Source of the DNA: Dimorphilus gyrociliatus
Taxonomy: Eukaryota > Animalia > Annelida
Length of the DNA stretch: 64,000 nucleotides
Reading direction: 5' to 3'
Assembly: GCA_904063045.1 (NCBI GenBank)
Contig: CAJFCJ010000008.1
Span: 372,001 to 436,000 of the forward strand
Below the pieces are notes generated by a model. It was not told the DNA's origin. It ran no database searches and worked only from the letters and a program-made list of their open reading frames with translations. Position numbers and translations under genes: made by a program. Positions 12,448 through 26,333 of this stretch are shown piece by piece. Within the stretch, counting starts at the first letter, position 1. Each line of letters begins with the position of its first letter.

Positions 12448-13925
12448 TCAATCGACTAATAAAGTTATGACCCTTACAACACCATCAACAGAACCTGTTA
12501 AACACATTGTACAATCGTGCGACCCTGAAAACCAATCAACACTTGTGACAGTACTCTCATTAGACCCGATTTGTGCAGAAAGTTCCAACTTTTTATCACT
12601 TTTTAACTGTTACCGATTATTCTAATTTTAATTCTTGATATAGTAATAGAGAAATTATTTAATTACCTCGTAAATGAAGCCTCCATTAATTCCTGAGCAT
12701 ATTAAATAATTACCCTTTGAATTGAACGCAAAAGATTTCCCAGTACCCACTGAAAAGAGTTTTTGATTAAGTATTCATAATTACCTTAAAAAGATAATAA
12801 TTAAAAATACCGTTATCATTTGATTGATCCCGATCTTCCATTCCTTGCAGGTGCTTTAATTCGTATTCATTTTCTAAAGAACCGTTAGTCCAAGAACATA
12901 GCTGAAACAATTTAATTACGTCAATAGATAAACTAAAAGTAGAGTTCAACAACAAACCGTTCCGGTATTGTCCATACTAAACACATTACTGGAAGATATA
13001 TATACTGTATTAACTGGGTTATTATGGGCTTTCCATTTCTTGATACATTCGCAACTACCCATATCATATAATCCTAGATCGCCGTTGACAAATCCAGCTA
13101 GAAATTTCCTGCCATCGGAATTAAATGTAATACAAGATGGAGCCACTTTCTGCTCGTTAATTTCTCTCTTTAAACAAGAAAAATTAATAGAAATATGAAG
13201 TAATGAATTGATTAACTTGAAAAATTCATTATAGTAATATTAACAATCAACTTAGTAGTTTCTAAATCCATTATGCATAATTTTCCTTCTCTGCAAGTTG
13301 ATGTATCGTGGGAATTTCGTTTACTGCCAGGTTCAACAGCCGAGCAAACGAAAGTTTCCGATACAGGACTGCAAGAAATGCTTTTTATCCTTGACAATGT
13401 TTCATCTATAATCATTTCTGATACTGATTTTTTATTTTCAATATCGAATAGTTTCACTTTCCCAGATTTATTACCCAATAGTATCTATTTGAAAAAAGAA
13501 AAGAAGCTTTAATTGTTACTTTAAAGTATTTTACTACTATTTTAGATATAAAATATCAATAACTAACTAAATTTTCAGCTTTTTTCACCCATTCGTGTGA
13601 AATTAGTGTGGCTTTTTTAGACATAATTGTAGCTTTTGTTGACATGGACTTTTGAGACTCCCAAGTTCTTAAGAAACATTTTTAAGTAATTTTCTTGAGA
13701 TGCTTATAACTAGACTTACTTTATTATTCCATCTAAATCTGTAGATGCTATTAAACGTCCTGATTGGTTGAAAGAGCAATAATTAATTGTAGAAGAATGC
13801 TCCTTATAGAATTCATGACTAAGTATAACGATCGAACTCATATCCGAAGTAGTGGTTTCTGTTTTGTTTTATATGTATTCATTAAAAGAAATTTATATAA
13901 TTTCAATAAAATGTATATGAAACCC

Positions 13926-13956
<31 letters not shown>

Positions 13957-15830
13957 AGTTAACTAAGTTTTGGCAATACCGGATAGGGAACCCGGTAGGG
14001 TTGAGGAACAATCGGTTGTGGTAGAAAGGGATTTAATCGAATTAAGTTTTTGTACAGTAGATGAAGATATATCAGTTCCATCACAAGTGTAATCAGCGTT
14101 GTTTTCCTATGTTTTTTTTAAAAACATATCAATAATTTTACTATAAACAATATCCAAGACAAACATCTTTTTGTTCTGTTGCCGAAGAATTGGAGTTAGT
14201 GTCAGCAGAGTCTTCAGATGACACTTTCGTTGACGACTTTTTTTCTAAATTCTGTGCTAACTTGGGAAGAGAAGTTCCTTCGTCAGCAGCAGTTTTAGAA
14301 ACCGGAGTTGACAAAGAACGAGAAGTCAATGGTTCAGGTGTTTTACTTGGTAGAGATTTTGGGGAAGAAGACAAAGATGGTCCTTTTCCAAACCATTTGT
14401 AAGTTTGACTAGTTTTATTACCCTCTTCTTTTCTTGGTTGTTTACTTGTTTCTCTGTTAATCATAAAGAGAGCAACTATAGTAAATTAATAAAATGATTG
14501 ACTAGTTAATAGTTGACGAAAAAGAGTTAATTTCTTCAGATGTACTTTAATATCCCACTTACTGAGAAATTACATAGAAATCATCCATTATTTCTAAATT
14601 AGCTGCATGGTAAGGATCCTTTAAACCATCTATTATACTTTTCGTGCCGCATGACATTTCATCTCTCTTCGTTAAGTCTGTGATCTAAGGATATAGCAAC
14701 ATGTCAAATACTGTCTGATGTAGATTTAATAAAGAGCCTAATACTCAATTAAGCGATACAAATCATTAACCGAAAAAATTATAAGAAACCATATATTTCA
14801 ACCTAATCAAGTTTATTTATTGTTATGTCAAGGATGAAAAGCTTCTTACCTTTTCACGTAATTTTTTATTTTCTGCTTCTAGTTGCTGCATTTTTTGAAA
14901 TTCGTCTTCCAGTCTTAGTAGAGTTGGTTTAAGTGCCAGGAGTTAAGGTTATTATAATTTTTCATTTTAAACTAAGTTATTAGAATTAAGCCTATATTAT
15001 ATAGACTAATCGTATTGGTGTCTTATCTAATAAATTACTAAAATTTAATAAAAGGATATGACTCTTCGAGAAAACAACGTTAAGAAAATTATGTAGCGAT
15101 AGAAGAAATGTATCTTGCCATTGTTTGCTAAAATACATCGAAAATGTAGTATTTTCTTCTGGGTTTTTTAAGAAGGGTAAAGCTATTTGTTTTTTAAATA
15201 GAAATTTTATAAATGTATTAGCATTTTTTTGATATTTAAGATATGTTTTACTTACCGAACCACTCTTTCCATTCGATTCTATTTACAAGATCATGTGTCA
15301 TCTTGTCAAAAAATTCAGATACTTTCTCCGATTTGTTAGACTGAACAGCACTTATAACATATAATCTGAATAAATCAGTCTCTAGCTTCTCCAATGATTT
15401 TTGATAGGTTTCATCTAAAGTGGAAAATATTTTCACATTCAAAAATTTCCAATATTCTTTCAGATGATTTATGTCTGAGTTTGTAATACATTGTTGCAGT
15501 TGTTCCATGACTTTTTCGGCCTGAAAATATAGTAGTAGTATAAAATACTTTTTCACATATTTAATGCAATAACTTCAGATACGATCTCACTTATGAACCT
15601 GTATTTTTTTTAATATTTTCATAACAAATGTCTAATCCATATTAAAGAATATACCGAAAATAGGAAACTCTTAGCTAAATTGACAAAAAATATAAAATTT
15701 TGGCACTTACTTTCATTCCTTTACGATTATCATTCTTTGTATCAAAATCAAATGCTTTAGCAGCATTATTCAAACCTCTGAAAACTAAATATTCTTTGAC
15801 TAAATCCTCTAATTCAGCAACATCCGCCAT
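12448..15830 (-). CDS. WDR91: WD repeat-containing protein 91, multi-exon
   Basis: N-terminus MADVAELEDLVKEYLVFRGL..; LKEYWKFLNVKIFSTL..KLETDLFRLYVISAVQ..WKEWF; WD40 repeats; C-terminus VTSVDWFSGSHDCTMCLTGSVDGVVRVITLLVD*. Confidence 0.93.
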
Positions 15831-15977
15831 TTTTAGTAGGCGGAATGATATTTCGCGCTTTTAGTTCAAAATATGAATTGTTTGAAGGAAATGTGAAAAT
15901 AAGTTTATTTAAAGATAAAATAACAATATTTATGCTGTAATACTAAAAAATATAAAATTTCTTAAATACTAAATAAA

Positions 15978-16666
15978 TTAATAATGATATACTCCAAACA
16001 CGGCCGCCACGCAGAAAAGAGAATCCTGTTGAAAATACATTATTATTTTAATTAATTGCATTTTTATATTTCTTAAAATATTTATAATATTAAAAATTAA
16101 TTAATTATTTTACGTTCATGAAGACATCTTGCGCATAATTATCAGTATCCGAATCCCAAAAGCAACGACATGCCATTCTATATTTGGAGAAAATTTCTTT
16201 TAAAAATATTTCAAGTAAGACTGTCTATTTACTTACTTTACACCTTCTCCTCTTAATTCGCCTATTACAACCTGAACAAGTAATTTATATCTTTCATAGC
16301 CTAGATCTGATGGAATGATTGTAAGGAAATACTATTCAAAAATATTCCGATGTGAAGTTTATTTTCCCACCTTTAACTTTAGCTTTTATATCTTCTGATA
16401 TATCTCTTGTCCACATCATACTATCTTCTGCACTGTAAATTTTCTCTTTTAGGTGTTCTTTCAACACTTGGTGAATCGTCTCTTTAACCGCAGCAGATCG
16501 AAATCTGTATTACGAAATAAAAGAGCCGTTAAAATCAAGCACATAATCCTCAAATTCTTTTCATTTTAATAATTTAAGAAACAAACTTTGACTGATAGCT
16601 TGGTCGTATTATATATGTATTTTGCGATGTTTCCTCATTTTGTTGATTCGTTTCAACTTCGGCCAT
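15978..16666 (-). CDS. TCTEX1D2: Tctex1 domain-containing 2 (IFT dynein-2 light chain), 5 exons; missing from the ORF track
   Basis: Spliced translation NTYIIRPSYQSKFRSAAVKETIHQVLKEHL..DLGYERYKLLVQVVIGELRGEGVKMACRCFWDSDTDNYAQDVFMNDSLFCVAAVFGVYHY*. Confidence 0.95.
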
Positions 16667-16717
16667 TTTATTAATCTAAATTCTTTACCTAGCACTTCGA
16701 TACACTCATAAACATGG

Positions 16718-16730
16718 CGTGCCTAGTAAC
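16718..16730. promoter_or_regulatory. RFX X-box-like site upstream of the ciliary gene TCTEX1D2
   Basis: CGTGCCTAGTAAC resembles the X-box GTTGCCTAGCAAC and lies ~50 nt upstream of the start codon of an IFT gene. Confidence 0.5.
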
Positions 16731-17213
16731 CTAGGAGTAGGCTTAAACAAAAGTTTAAAAACAATTGTAGAGAATTGTTTTTGTTACCTAACCATTATTC
16801 TTAGAAGAATAAAACATATTCGAATTTAGACTATCAGCACTTTTAGTTTCTTTCACCTTTCACGAAGTAATACCAATAACTAGACAATAGTTGTATGACC
16901 TGTATAAGTGAACAAAATCTATCATTTGTACAATAAGCATAAAAGAATAAACAAATAAGCTTCTTTTTTGAAAAACAAATTGATTTATTCCCAATTGATA
17001 TTACGGAATATAATATAGAAAAGAAATAAAATATTCAAGAAATTGTTGAAAAACTAGGATATTTAAAGAGTGAATTATCAACTCTAACTTCTAACTCAAA
17101 ATGTTTCAAAAATTTCAAATAATTATGATATTATCATTTATTTTTTTTTCAAGAGAGACACGTAATTTTTTGCGACAATCTTTCATTTTTACAATTTTGG
17201 AGAACTTTCATTT

Positions 17214-17969
17214 TTATTGAATTAAATCCATATTTTCTGTTTGCCAAATAAACTCTTTTAGTTTTCTTGGATAAAGAATATGTTCAAGGTTTAAAAACCA
17301 GCAATCATAACCGAAAATTAATGATTTCTTGGCACTGCCTATTCTCCCATTAACCCTTATTGCTGACCATTCATGGTTCTCTTCAATAGAATCATCTGTC
17401 AAAAGTGCAAACTTATTATGACTAATTGTGCCAATTAATCCTCCAGCATAATTATCTAAGAACGATTCATTGTTTATCGAAATAATATAAAAATCCAGAT
17501 GATTGTTTGAATCTAGTTGCGTTTTAATGACTTCAAATAGCAGAGATCTTCCTTTGACGTCTATACGTATTCTAGCCAAATGATTGATTACAGAAATTGA
17601 AATGCTACCAATTACACTTGACCATGAACTTGAATCTGAGGAAATTAATTTTTAATGTTATACTGAATGTTACAATAAAAGATATAGTATATCGATCTAT
17701 TGCTAATAGTTACTTGACCATTCTTTAACCGCTGATGACCCAAGTGTAATTCCCTCTAATGATAGTGATACATTAGCTTTTGGAGACTTGAAAAAAATGG
17801 CACCCATATAATAGCGATCTATATGACGACCAATGACTTTCAAATCACAAAGACTATCTTTGTATAGTACGATATAATCTCCTTCTTGGCCACTTGCATC
17901 ATAGCATATCAAGAAGGTATTCCCTGTTTCGGAATTTATCACCTGCAAACGTTTATACATACTATATAT

Positions 17970-18018
<49 letters not shown>

Positions 18019-18956
18019 TAGTTATGTTTTATAGAACATTAACTTACAAGTTGACCACTATGAGGGTTGGAAGTTGCATTTTCCTCCGATGACTTTTCTA
18101 TTGTTACTGTTGATTTAAGGGTAATATCGAAGGAGCAACTAACAATTACTTCGAAATATTTAGATAATCTTTCGCCGAATACTTTCCTCGTAGGGATTTC
18201 AATATCTGTTTCATCGGCTAAAGTTGAGGCGGGAAATGTGATAATCTTGTCAAACGAATGATAATCATCGGGAGCTACCGCTGTTTTATCAACAGTTTTT
18301 ACATGGCAGCTAAGTACACCTTCAAAACCACCTGTTGGTGGTTCTACTATTAAGACCAAAACAGCATCGTTTCCGCCTAGTACCTATTGTCAGGAGCATA
18401 GAAGAGAATTAAATTCTAACTTGATTGTAAACTATTGTTAAAATTCAAAGTACAAACTGAAACATCAGATGGAAGAAGGAAGTTTGGCGGATCATTTGCT
18501 ACAATTGTTATGTTGGCATCGAACGAGTATCCTTGGTCACAATCGGCGAGCAATTGAAAAGATTCAGTGGGTTCGCAAACATCATCATTCAAAATTGATA
18601 AAACCACATCAACGCTTCTAGTAGTTATATTAAAATATTTTGTTTCTGAAATTCCCTTATAGTCACCAGTTTCTTCTAGAGCGTTTCCATCGTTTGTGGA
18701 AATATGACAAAAGGTAACATTTTGCGGAGCATAAAAAGTCATTGTGACTTCCCCGACATCTTCATGCAAAATTTGAGGCAAAGGAGCCCATCCAGAACTC
18801 ATTATTTCTCCCCAAGCTATACAATACATGGGAAAAATTTAATCAATTTATTAATTACGTCGATGGAAAAAGTTACTATATCTTACTTATTCTACAAATA
18901 GGAAGAAGAATTGCAAAGGTTAGCTTTATGACACTGATAATTAAGTTAATATCCAT
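17214..18956 (-). CDS. Secreted protein: signal peptide + two Calx-beta-like domains + ITIH C-terminal-like domain
   Basis: Exon 1 MDINLIISVIKLTFAILLPICRI splices in frame to WGEIM. Calx-beta signatures: STNDGNALEETGDY..ILNDDVCEPTESFQL and TVDKTAVAPDDY..ITFP. Then NPH..ICYDASGQEGDYIVLYKD..VIGRHI..YMGAI..GGLIGTI, resembling the ITI heavy-chain C-terminus. Confidence 0.75.
17973..18014. repeat. (TA)n microsatellite in an intron of the Calx-beta gene
   Basis: Near-uninterrupted TA run of ~40 nt. Confidence 0.9.
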
Positions 18957-19380
18957 TGCTCCTAATTAGAGAAAATCAGGACTCGAAATAACTTGAGCAC
19001 ATGGGGATTAAAAATATAAGACTGGATATATAGGCTAAATCAGTTTGCTCTTGAGAAAGCTGAGTAGTATTTCAGTGCTAAGTGATATCTATAGCGTAAT
19101 TGAATCTTATTAAAGAGGAAAATTTAGTTATACCAATTTTCATATTGAAAAGAGCGCCATTAGTGTTTCGAATATTTATCCTATGCTAAATTTTGGAGTC
19201 CATGAATAACTTGTTTTATCGCTCACTAAACTTGATATATGTTTTTTTATTAACAAAATAAATGTTAGAAATAGCTTATAATAAGTTAGATAATATTTTT
19301 ATTAGTTATTATGGCTATGAACAAGTAGTGATTCTTTGATATTAAATAGATTATTGTGAAAAATATATTTCAAGAGTTAA

Positions 19381-19424
19381 CCGGAAGTTTACTCCGCCAT
19401 GATCTCGTCCTTCCGACCGGAAAT
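19381..19424. promoter_or_regulatory. ETS/YY1-type motifs in the divergent promoter region upstream of CUL4
   Basis: CCGGAAGT (19381), CCGCCAT (~19395) and CCGGAAAT (~19417) in a locally GC-rich patch ~120-150 nt before the CUL4 ATG. Confidence 0.4.
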
Positions 19425-19534
19425 CTCCTAGAACGAGACTGCAATACACTCGTAGTACAAAGCTTGACTCGATATTACAGAAAAAACCTTGCATAGAGTG
19501 ACTAAAACGCAAATTTTGATGAATGTAATATTTA

Positions 19535-22500
19535 ATGTCGTCGTCTGATGAGAAATGCGGTCTGACCGAGAATATTTTGAAGAGAAACTCGCATTTCCCT
19601 GAAACCTGCCCACCAAAGAAACAGAGACTGAGATTTAGCACAATGGATTCTAACTGCGTTCGTCGGTCAAATTTTGATAGTATGCCGTCAAACTCGACAT
19701 TTAAAATGTCTTCCACGAGCAACGTTCCAAAGTATTCAAATAGTAAAAAGATTATGGTGAAAAATCTAAGATGTTAGTAAATTCTTATAATTATGTATTG
19801 GTATTGCGTAGAATTTCGAACAAATCGAATTAAAACAAAAAAATTGAGCGAAAATAAGATAAAAAATCATAACATTGCACTCGCATCACAACACTACAAA
19901 TATATAAATTCGTCCAAATTTATTATAATTCAGGTCGATCAAATGAAAGTAACGAACTGGAGGATCAATCATGGGAGAAGCTGAAGAATGCTGTCATAGC
20001 TGTCCATACTGAATCTCCAGTAGAATTTTCCATGGAAGAATTATATTCCGTAAGATATTGACTTTCAATAACCACTAGTTACATTATTTTTTTTTATGTC
20101 AGGCGGTAGAAATTACATGCGGAAATAACTTAGCTGATGTTCTCTATAAGAAATTACGTGATGTTTGCGAAGAATTCGCAAAAGAAACATTAAAAAATAT
20201 TGTAATATGCTCTTTCAATAGTCAATTGTACAATTCTTTCTAATTTTTTTCCCTATTTTAATATTCGCTTTAGAATATTGCTGATGGAATAGGTAATGAG
20301 CAATTTTTAAAGATTTTGCAAAATTGCTGGCAGAGCCATTGCAGTCAAATGGTAAACTTCTTTTAAAATATAATTATATAAACAGTGTTATTACTACAAC
20401 TAATTTGACACAGGTTATGATTCGAAGTATATTTCTATATCTAGATCGAACTTTTGTATTAAAATCTAATTCTATTTTGTCTTTGTGGTATGTTTCTTTA
20501 CATTTCACATTTAGTGTTTTATTGTTAATTAACCCATTCTGCTCTCCAGGGATATGGGTTTGGATCTTTTTCGTAAACATGTATTAAATAATTCTAGAAT
20601 TCGAAAACGAGCAATTGATGGAATATTAGAGATGATCCAGCTAGAGAGAAATGGCGATGCTATAGATCGTGGATTAGTGAAAAATTTATTAAGAATGTTG
20701 TCGGATCTACAAGTAAGATTTTATTTTCATCCTCTTCTAATGTAAACAATAAAACCATATGAACGTAATTACGAACAAACATTATTATATAATCACTTGT
20801 GTTTGTCATTTAGATGTATACCGAAATATTCGAAACGAAATTTATGGACACTACTCAGAGAATGTATACTGCTGAAGGACAGCAAAGATTACAAGAATTA
20901 GAAGTAATATCAATTATTAATATCTTAAAGTATCTTTTGTCACAGTTTAAGTTTCCAGGTCCCAGAATACATTTCCCATGTAAATAAACGACTGAAAGAA
21001 GAAAATGAGAGACTTTTATATTATCTTTCATACAACACCAGAAGGAAATTGATAAATTGTGTTGAAAATAAACTATTAGAAAATCATGTTGTAACTTTGT
21101 TACAAAAAGGTAGGATTGAAATGGTTTGAGATTTTTTTTTTAACAAATGCATCTGATTTTCTTTAGGACTAGATCAGATGCTTGAAGAGAATAGATTAGA
21201 AGATTTAAAACTTCTATATGAGCTACTCGCTCGAGTTAAAGATGGTTTACGAGAATTATGCACATATTTCGCATCGTTTATAAAGGTAAATATGACTAAT
21301 AATTTTTTTGCGTTTGTTAGTTTATTCGGTTTGAAAATTTAGAAAAGGGGCAGACTATATGTAATAAACCCTGAAAACGATGCTGAAAAAGATAAGGATA
21401 TGGTTCAACAATTGCTAGGTAAGAATTGAGAAATATACCTTTTAAATCTTGAACTTGTAAAACAATTACTGAACAGATTTCAAGGACCAAACCGACAATG
21501 TGATAGTTACGTGCTTAAATAACAATGAAAAATTCATTTTGGCTATGAAGGAGTCTTTCGAATATTGTATTAATCAAAGGCAAAATAAACCTGCAGAACT
21601 GATAGGTAAACTTAGTCAAACTGACTATTTTGTATTCTTTAGCATTTGTTTATCTTCAGCGAAATATATCGATGGTAAATTAAGAGCAGGCAATAAGGAA
21701 GCGTCAGAAGATGAATTGGAAAAACTCATGGATAAAATTATGGTTTTGTTCAGATTCATCCATGGAAAAGATGTTTTTGAAGCATTTTATAAAAAAGACT
21801 TAGCAAAGCGCTTATTAGTAGGAAAAAGCGCATCATTCGATGCTGAGAAATCTATGCTATCAAAACTTAAACAAGAGTGTGGTGGAGCCTTTACTATGAA
21901 ACTGGAAGGAATGTTCAAAGATATGGATATTTCACATGATTTTATGCTCAGTTTCAAACAGGTAAAGAAATATTTACATGTATTTAGCAAATATAATACT
22001 CCTTCAATAACTTTGCCTATATATTCGTTGTTATGTCTTGTATAAACTGTATGTTGTTTTCCAACACAGCATTTACAACATACTCCTGTAGCTATTGATA
22101 TAAATGTTAATATTCTTACTATGGGTTATTGGCCTTCCTATACACCTGTTGATGTCAATTTGCCAGAAGAAGTAAGTTAACAACTTACATTGAATAAAAT
22201 AATTACAACACGTTAAACGAATTCTTGCAGATGCTTCATTTGAGAGAAATTTTCAAAAATTTTTATTTGAGCAAATATAGTGGTAGAAAACTCCAGTGGC
22301 AGCCAGGACTGGGTCACTGTGTTGTTCGGGCCAAGTTTAATAATGAAACTAAGGAGTTACAAGTGTCATTATATCAAGCTCTTTGCCTATTGTTATTTAA
22401 TGAAGGAGATTGCTTTGGTTTTACAGAAATATCTAGTCATACTGCAATCGGTTTGCGAAATCTATAGTTAAAATTTACACTGTTGTTAATTTATTGTTTT

Positions 22501-23053
22501 TAAGCAGAGGAGGGAGAACTGAAGCGAACTTTACAATCATTAGCATGTGGTAAAGCTCGAGTACTTACAAAAGAACCAAAAGTAAGATTTATCGTTAAGT
22601 TTTATCGTACATTCACCCCAAGTACATGTTATTGGTATTTGCTAGGGAAAGGATATCTTCACGACAGATAAATTTCATTTCAACAAGGACTTTAAACACA
22701 AGCTGTTTAGAATAAAAATAAACCAAATTCAAATGAAAGAAACGGTAAGTATTAAGTTAAGAGGCGTAGCCATGACACTAAATACTTTTGTTGTCTACTA
22801 ACAGAAAGAGGAAAATACGGCGACTGCTGAACGTGTCTTTCAAGATCGTCAGTATCAAATTGATGCCGCCATTGTTAGAATTATGAAGATGAGAAAAAGA
22901 ATAACTCACAATTTGCTCATCTCAGAAATATTTAATCAGATAAAATTTCCAGTAAAACCATCAGATTTAAAGAAAAGGATTGAGAGTTTAATTGATCGCG
23001 ATTACATGGAAAGGGACAAGGAATGCTCGAACACATATCATTATGTTGCATAG
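19535..23053 (+). CDS. CUL4: Cullin-4, multi-exon
   Basis: [15 protein letters not shown]; [13 protein letters not shown]; [10 protein letters not shown]; [45 protein letters not shown]; neddylation domain [36 protein letters not shown]. Confidence 0.97.
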
Positions 23054-23232
23054 AAAACTAATTTACGATCCAAGAAAAGTATGCTTATTCTTTTTTCTTG
23101 ACTGGACTTTATTCGAGTGGATACGTAACTCGAATAGCCTTTTATTGTTGTGTAATATTTCTTGTTGACATACTGTCAAATTAAACAAAATTTTGTTTTT
23201 CTTCTCCCTTTTTTAAAATCCAAAAACATATT

Positions 23233-24504
23233 TTACGCATCTAGATATTCATACAGCATTTTGCTGTTGTTTTCTAAATTCGGGTTCCAATTATATCCGG
23301 CTTTATGACTTCCAAGAATTGCCGCACCCACGCATGCATGAACAGTCGGTCTCAAAAGAGTAACTTTTTTTAGTGAGCTCCTCTTCAGTTCCTTTACGAA
23401 ACCAGATTTCAGTAAATTCCAACTATAAAATACGCTACCAACACAGACAACTTTGATTTCATTCACTTCTTGTGAACTGGAGACAACAGCTTTGACATGC
23501 ATACCTAATAACTGACCTGCCTCTTCGAAAACTTCCTTACATAACTGATCTCCGTCATTTGCCAATTCAGCAACTTTTATGCAGAAGGAAGCAAAGAAAG
23601 GTTTATTGAATTCTCCGTAAAAATGCTTCAATAATCCCATTTTATCTTGAATAGAGAAAAAAGACTTTATTGCATCCCAAGATCTTTCGATAGAATGAAC
23701 AGATGGTTTTAAGTTGTCGGTATGATCAAAAACAATTTTAATGACCCTGTGAGCTATCCAAAATGCAGAACCTTCATCACCGATAAATTGTCCCCAACCA
23801 CCGCATCGGATGTTTGTACCATTTGGATCAATGAGCTCGCAGTTGGAACCTGTGCCACTTATCAAAACAATGCCTTTCTCCAAGCCAATAATGGAAGCTA
23901 ACGATCCAACTGTGTCGCAGGACACGTACACTTCGTTGTCGCAAAACTTACATTTATCAACTTCCTCCTGTATTTTTCGACGGGATTCTGAGTCATCTCC
24001 ACCGCTTAATGACAGACCGATAGAAAATAATCGGATATCGTCGGTCTTGGAAAGGGCTTCATTCACTAGTTGTCTGATGCGTTGAATGCATTCAGGTATT
24101 CCGATTTGCTATAAAATAATGTTAAAAAGAAATTTTTTAATGAACAAAGTCATTTTGAATGGCTATTCAGAGTTCAAAAGCAGCCTAGTTTTTTGTGGGC
24201 GGTCAACCGATTAATGACAGAGAATCATAGTTCGCTTGAATTATCTATATGAATTTTAGGGGATTTAGCTTGAATGACTTTTCCATTAGCTAAAATAAGG
24301 AAGCGAAAGAAAATACCCAATGGTTAGTTCCCTTTCCAACAATTGATATCAACTCCTTACAGTTTTCGTCATAAATACCAATTTTGGTTGAAGAAGCACC
24401 TCTAAATAATAAAGAGCCAATAAGTATTGAATAAATTCTATTATTACGACTAAAATGTTTTATATCAACCCTTCAATCCCGGCAAAAAACAGCTTTCCAC
24501 TCAT
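23233..24504 (-). CDS. NAGK: N-acetyl-D-glucosamine kinase, 3 exons
   Basis: MSGKLFFAGIEGGASSTK; GTNHW; SIGLSLSGGD; GIVLISGTGSNCEL; RCGGWGQFIGDEGSAFWIA; VVCVGSVFYSW. Confidence 0.96.
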
Positions 24505-25544
24505 ACCTCTACTATTCACTAAATTGGTTGTTAGCAGACGACAATTGAAAAATACAAAAATTAATTGTCGAAAGATGGCGCTATACAAAAAAAGAATATG
24601 ATCGTTTATTTATTTTGGCTTGAGTTGAACAAGAGTGAAAAAAGATGGCAAAAGTTATTTTATCTAATGCTATTCTATATCTTTCAATGTTGGTGTTGTT
24701 AAATCTTTAATGTCTTTGTATGTTCTGAGCGCCTATCGGCGAGAAATGAAATTTAAAACGCCTGATCAATCATTTTCGATTATATACTTCAAAAGTCCCT
24801 CAATCTAATGAAACACCCTGTTGAAAGGTAGAAGAATGCATAGTACCTTTTATTACGTTATTTTCCATCGTAAATAGTTATAGATGGCGCCTTCAATAAT
24901 TCGCCAAATCAAAATTATCAAGTCCGTTAAATGTCGAGGAGTTGACTTGTTATGATTCCTTACATGCATAAATCTCATATTTCTCTAACCTTTGCAGTAT
25001 ATTTCTGCAGGAGATACTGACGTGCAGCAGAGGACACCTGTAGAGTTTATCCGGATCAACGAAATAGACCGTAGTTGACCTTTGACCCTCGACTCTTTTC
25101 GGTTCATCTCAATAAAAATCGTAGCGTAAAGATACCAAACGCTCTGTACAACTTGTTCTCATGCCATTCATTATCAATAATCTTATCAAATCGCCACTAA
25201 TTTCATGCGTCGCTGGCGAAGACTATTATTTTGTATCGAACTAATAGGCCTACTGACCACTTACAATAAAAAACTCCAAATTCGAAGTCTTTGTATTATG
25301 TTTATAACTTTAATAAATTGCTAGTCAATACCTTATTATTCTTATAATCGGCAGGTTTTTTTTGCCGTTTTATTAGCTGTTCAATTGAGTTCAACAATAA
25401 ACAATAGAATTTAAACGTAATAATGATATGAAGGTTAAGACATGAAGAAAAGGTTCCTTTGTATTAAAATTAAACAATAAAATTAACACCAACGATCGAC
25501 GTTTACGGCTTAATAACTTTGGAAAATTGTTAGATAATGAAAAT

Positions 25545-25665
25545 AAAGGGGGGGATAGAGAGCGGGGGGGAGGGAATAAAGTAAAAGAGAGAGAGAGAGA
25601 AAGAAAAACGAAGCAGGTAGGGAAGGAGGAGAAGGAGGAGAGAAGGAGGGGGAGGGGGGCGGAAG

Positions 25666-25696
<31 letters not shown>

Positions 25697-25700
25697 GAAA
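25545..25700. repeat. Polypurine (GA)n/G-rich low-complexity tract
   Basis: GAGAGA and GGAGGAG runs on the plus strand. They generate the spurious ORFs 25510..25716 and 25527..25799. Confidence 0.85.
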
Positions 25701-26333
25701 AATATGGCAATAGCAAGGAATATCTTGACAGGAAATGAAGAGAAAAGAGATAAAGATGATGAGAGGAAAAAATGGATTTACGAAATAAAAGTAAAATAGG
25801 AAAACGGAAAAGAAGATGTTAGGAAAATTGCCTTAATTAAAAATGTATAAAATAGAAATACTTTCTCCATAAGGCCTATAGACCAATACTTACATACTTC
25901 TTTTTTAATAGTTTGCTCAAGTAGGTTAGTAGAAATGAGCATTAAATATCTATTCAGTTTAATACTTAATATAGGAAAAGGTATAAATATCATTTAATAC
26001 ACACAAAAAAAACATACCACAATAAAGTTTATATTATATACAGTAATAGTATTTTATATAGTCCAAAAAATCAAAAATCTCTCTTCTTTGCGAAGAAAAT
26101 GTTTGTATAAAAGCCACGAAGCAAACTAGATCTTATTTGTTTATAAATGAATCAAATGTTTGTCTAGCGAAAAAAGCGCTCTGGAATTCATTATCGTCCA
26201 TTTGTGAACGGTGTTGATTGATGCTGAAGATAGATGTGTCATCGGTGTGACTTTTATTAGCGTCGTTATTATCGCCATATTCCAATACGTACTCTATTAT
26301 GAGTAATTACTCAATGGGGCGGAGGAAGGATGA

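Noticed and set aside
19351-19722. 123-aa minus-strand ORF
   Set aside because: Overlaps the CUL4 first exon and promoter in antisense, with no recognisable motif.
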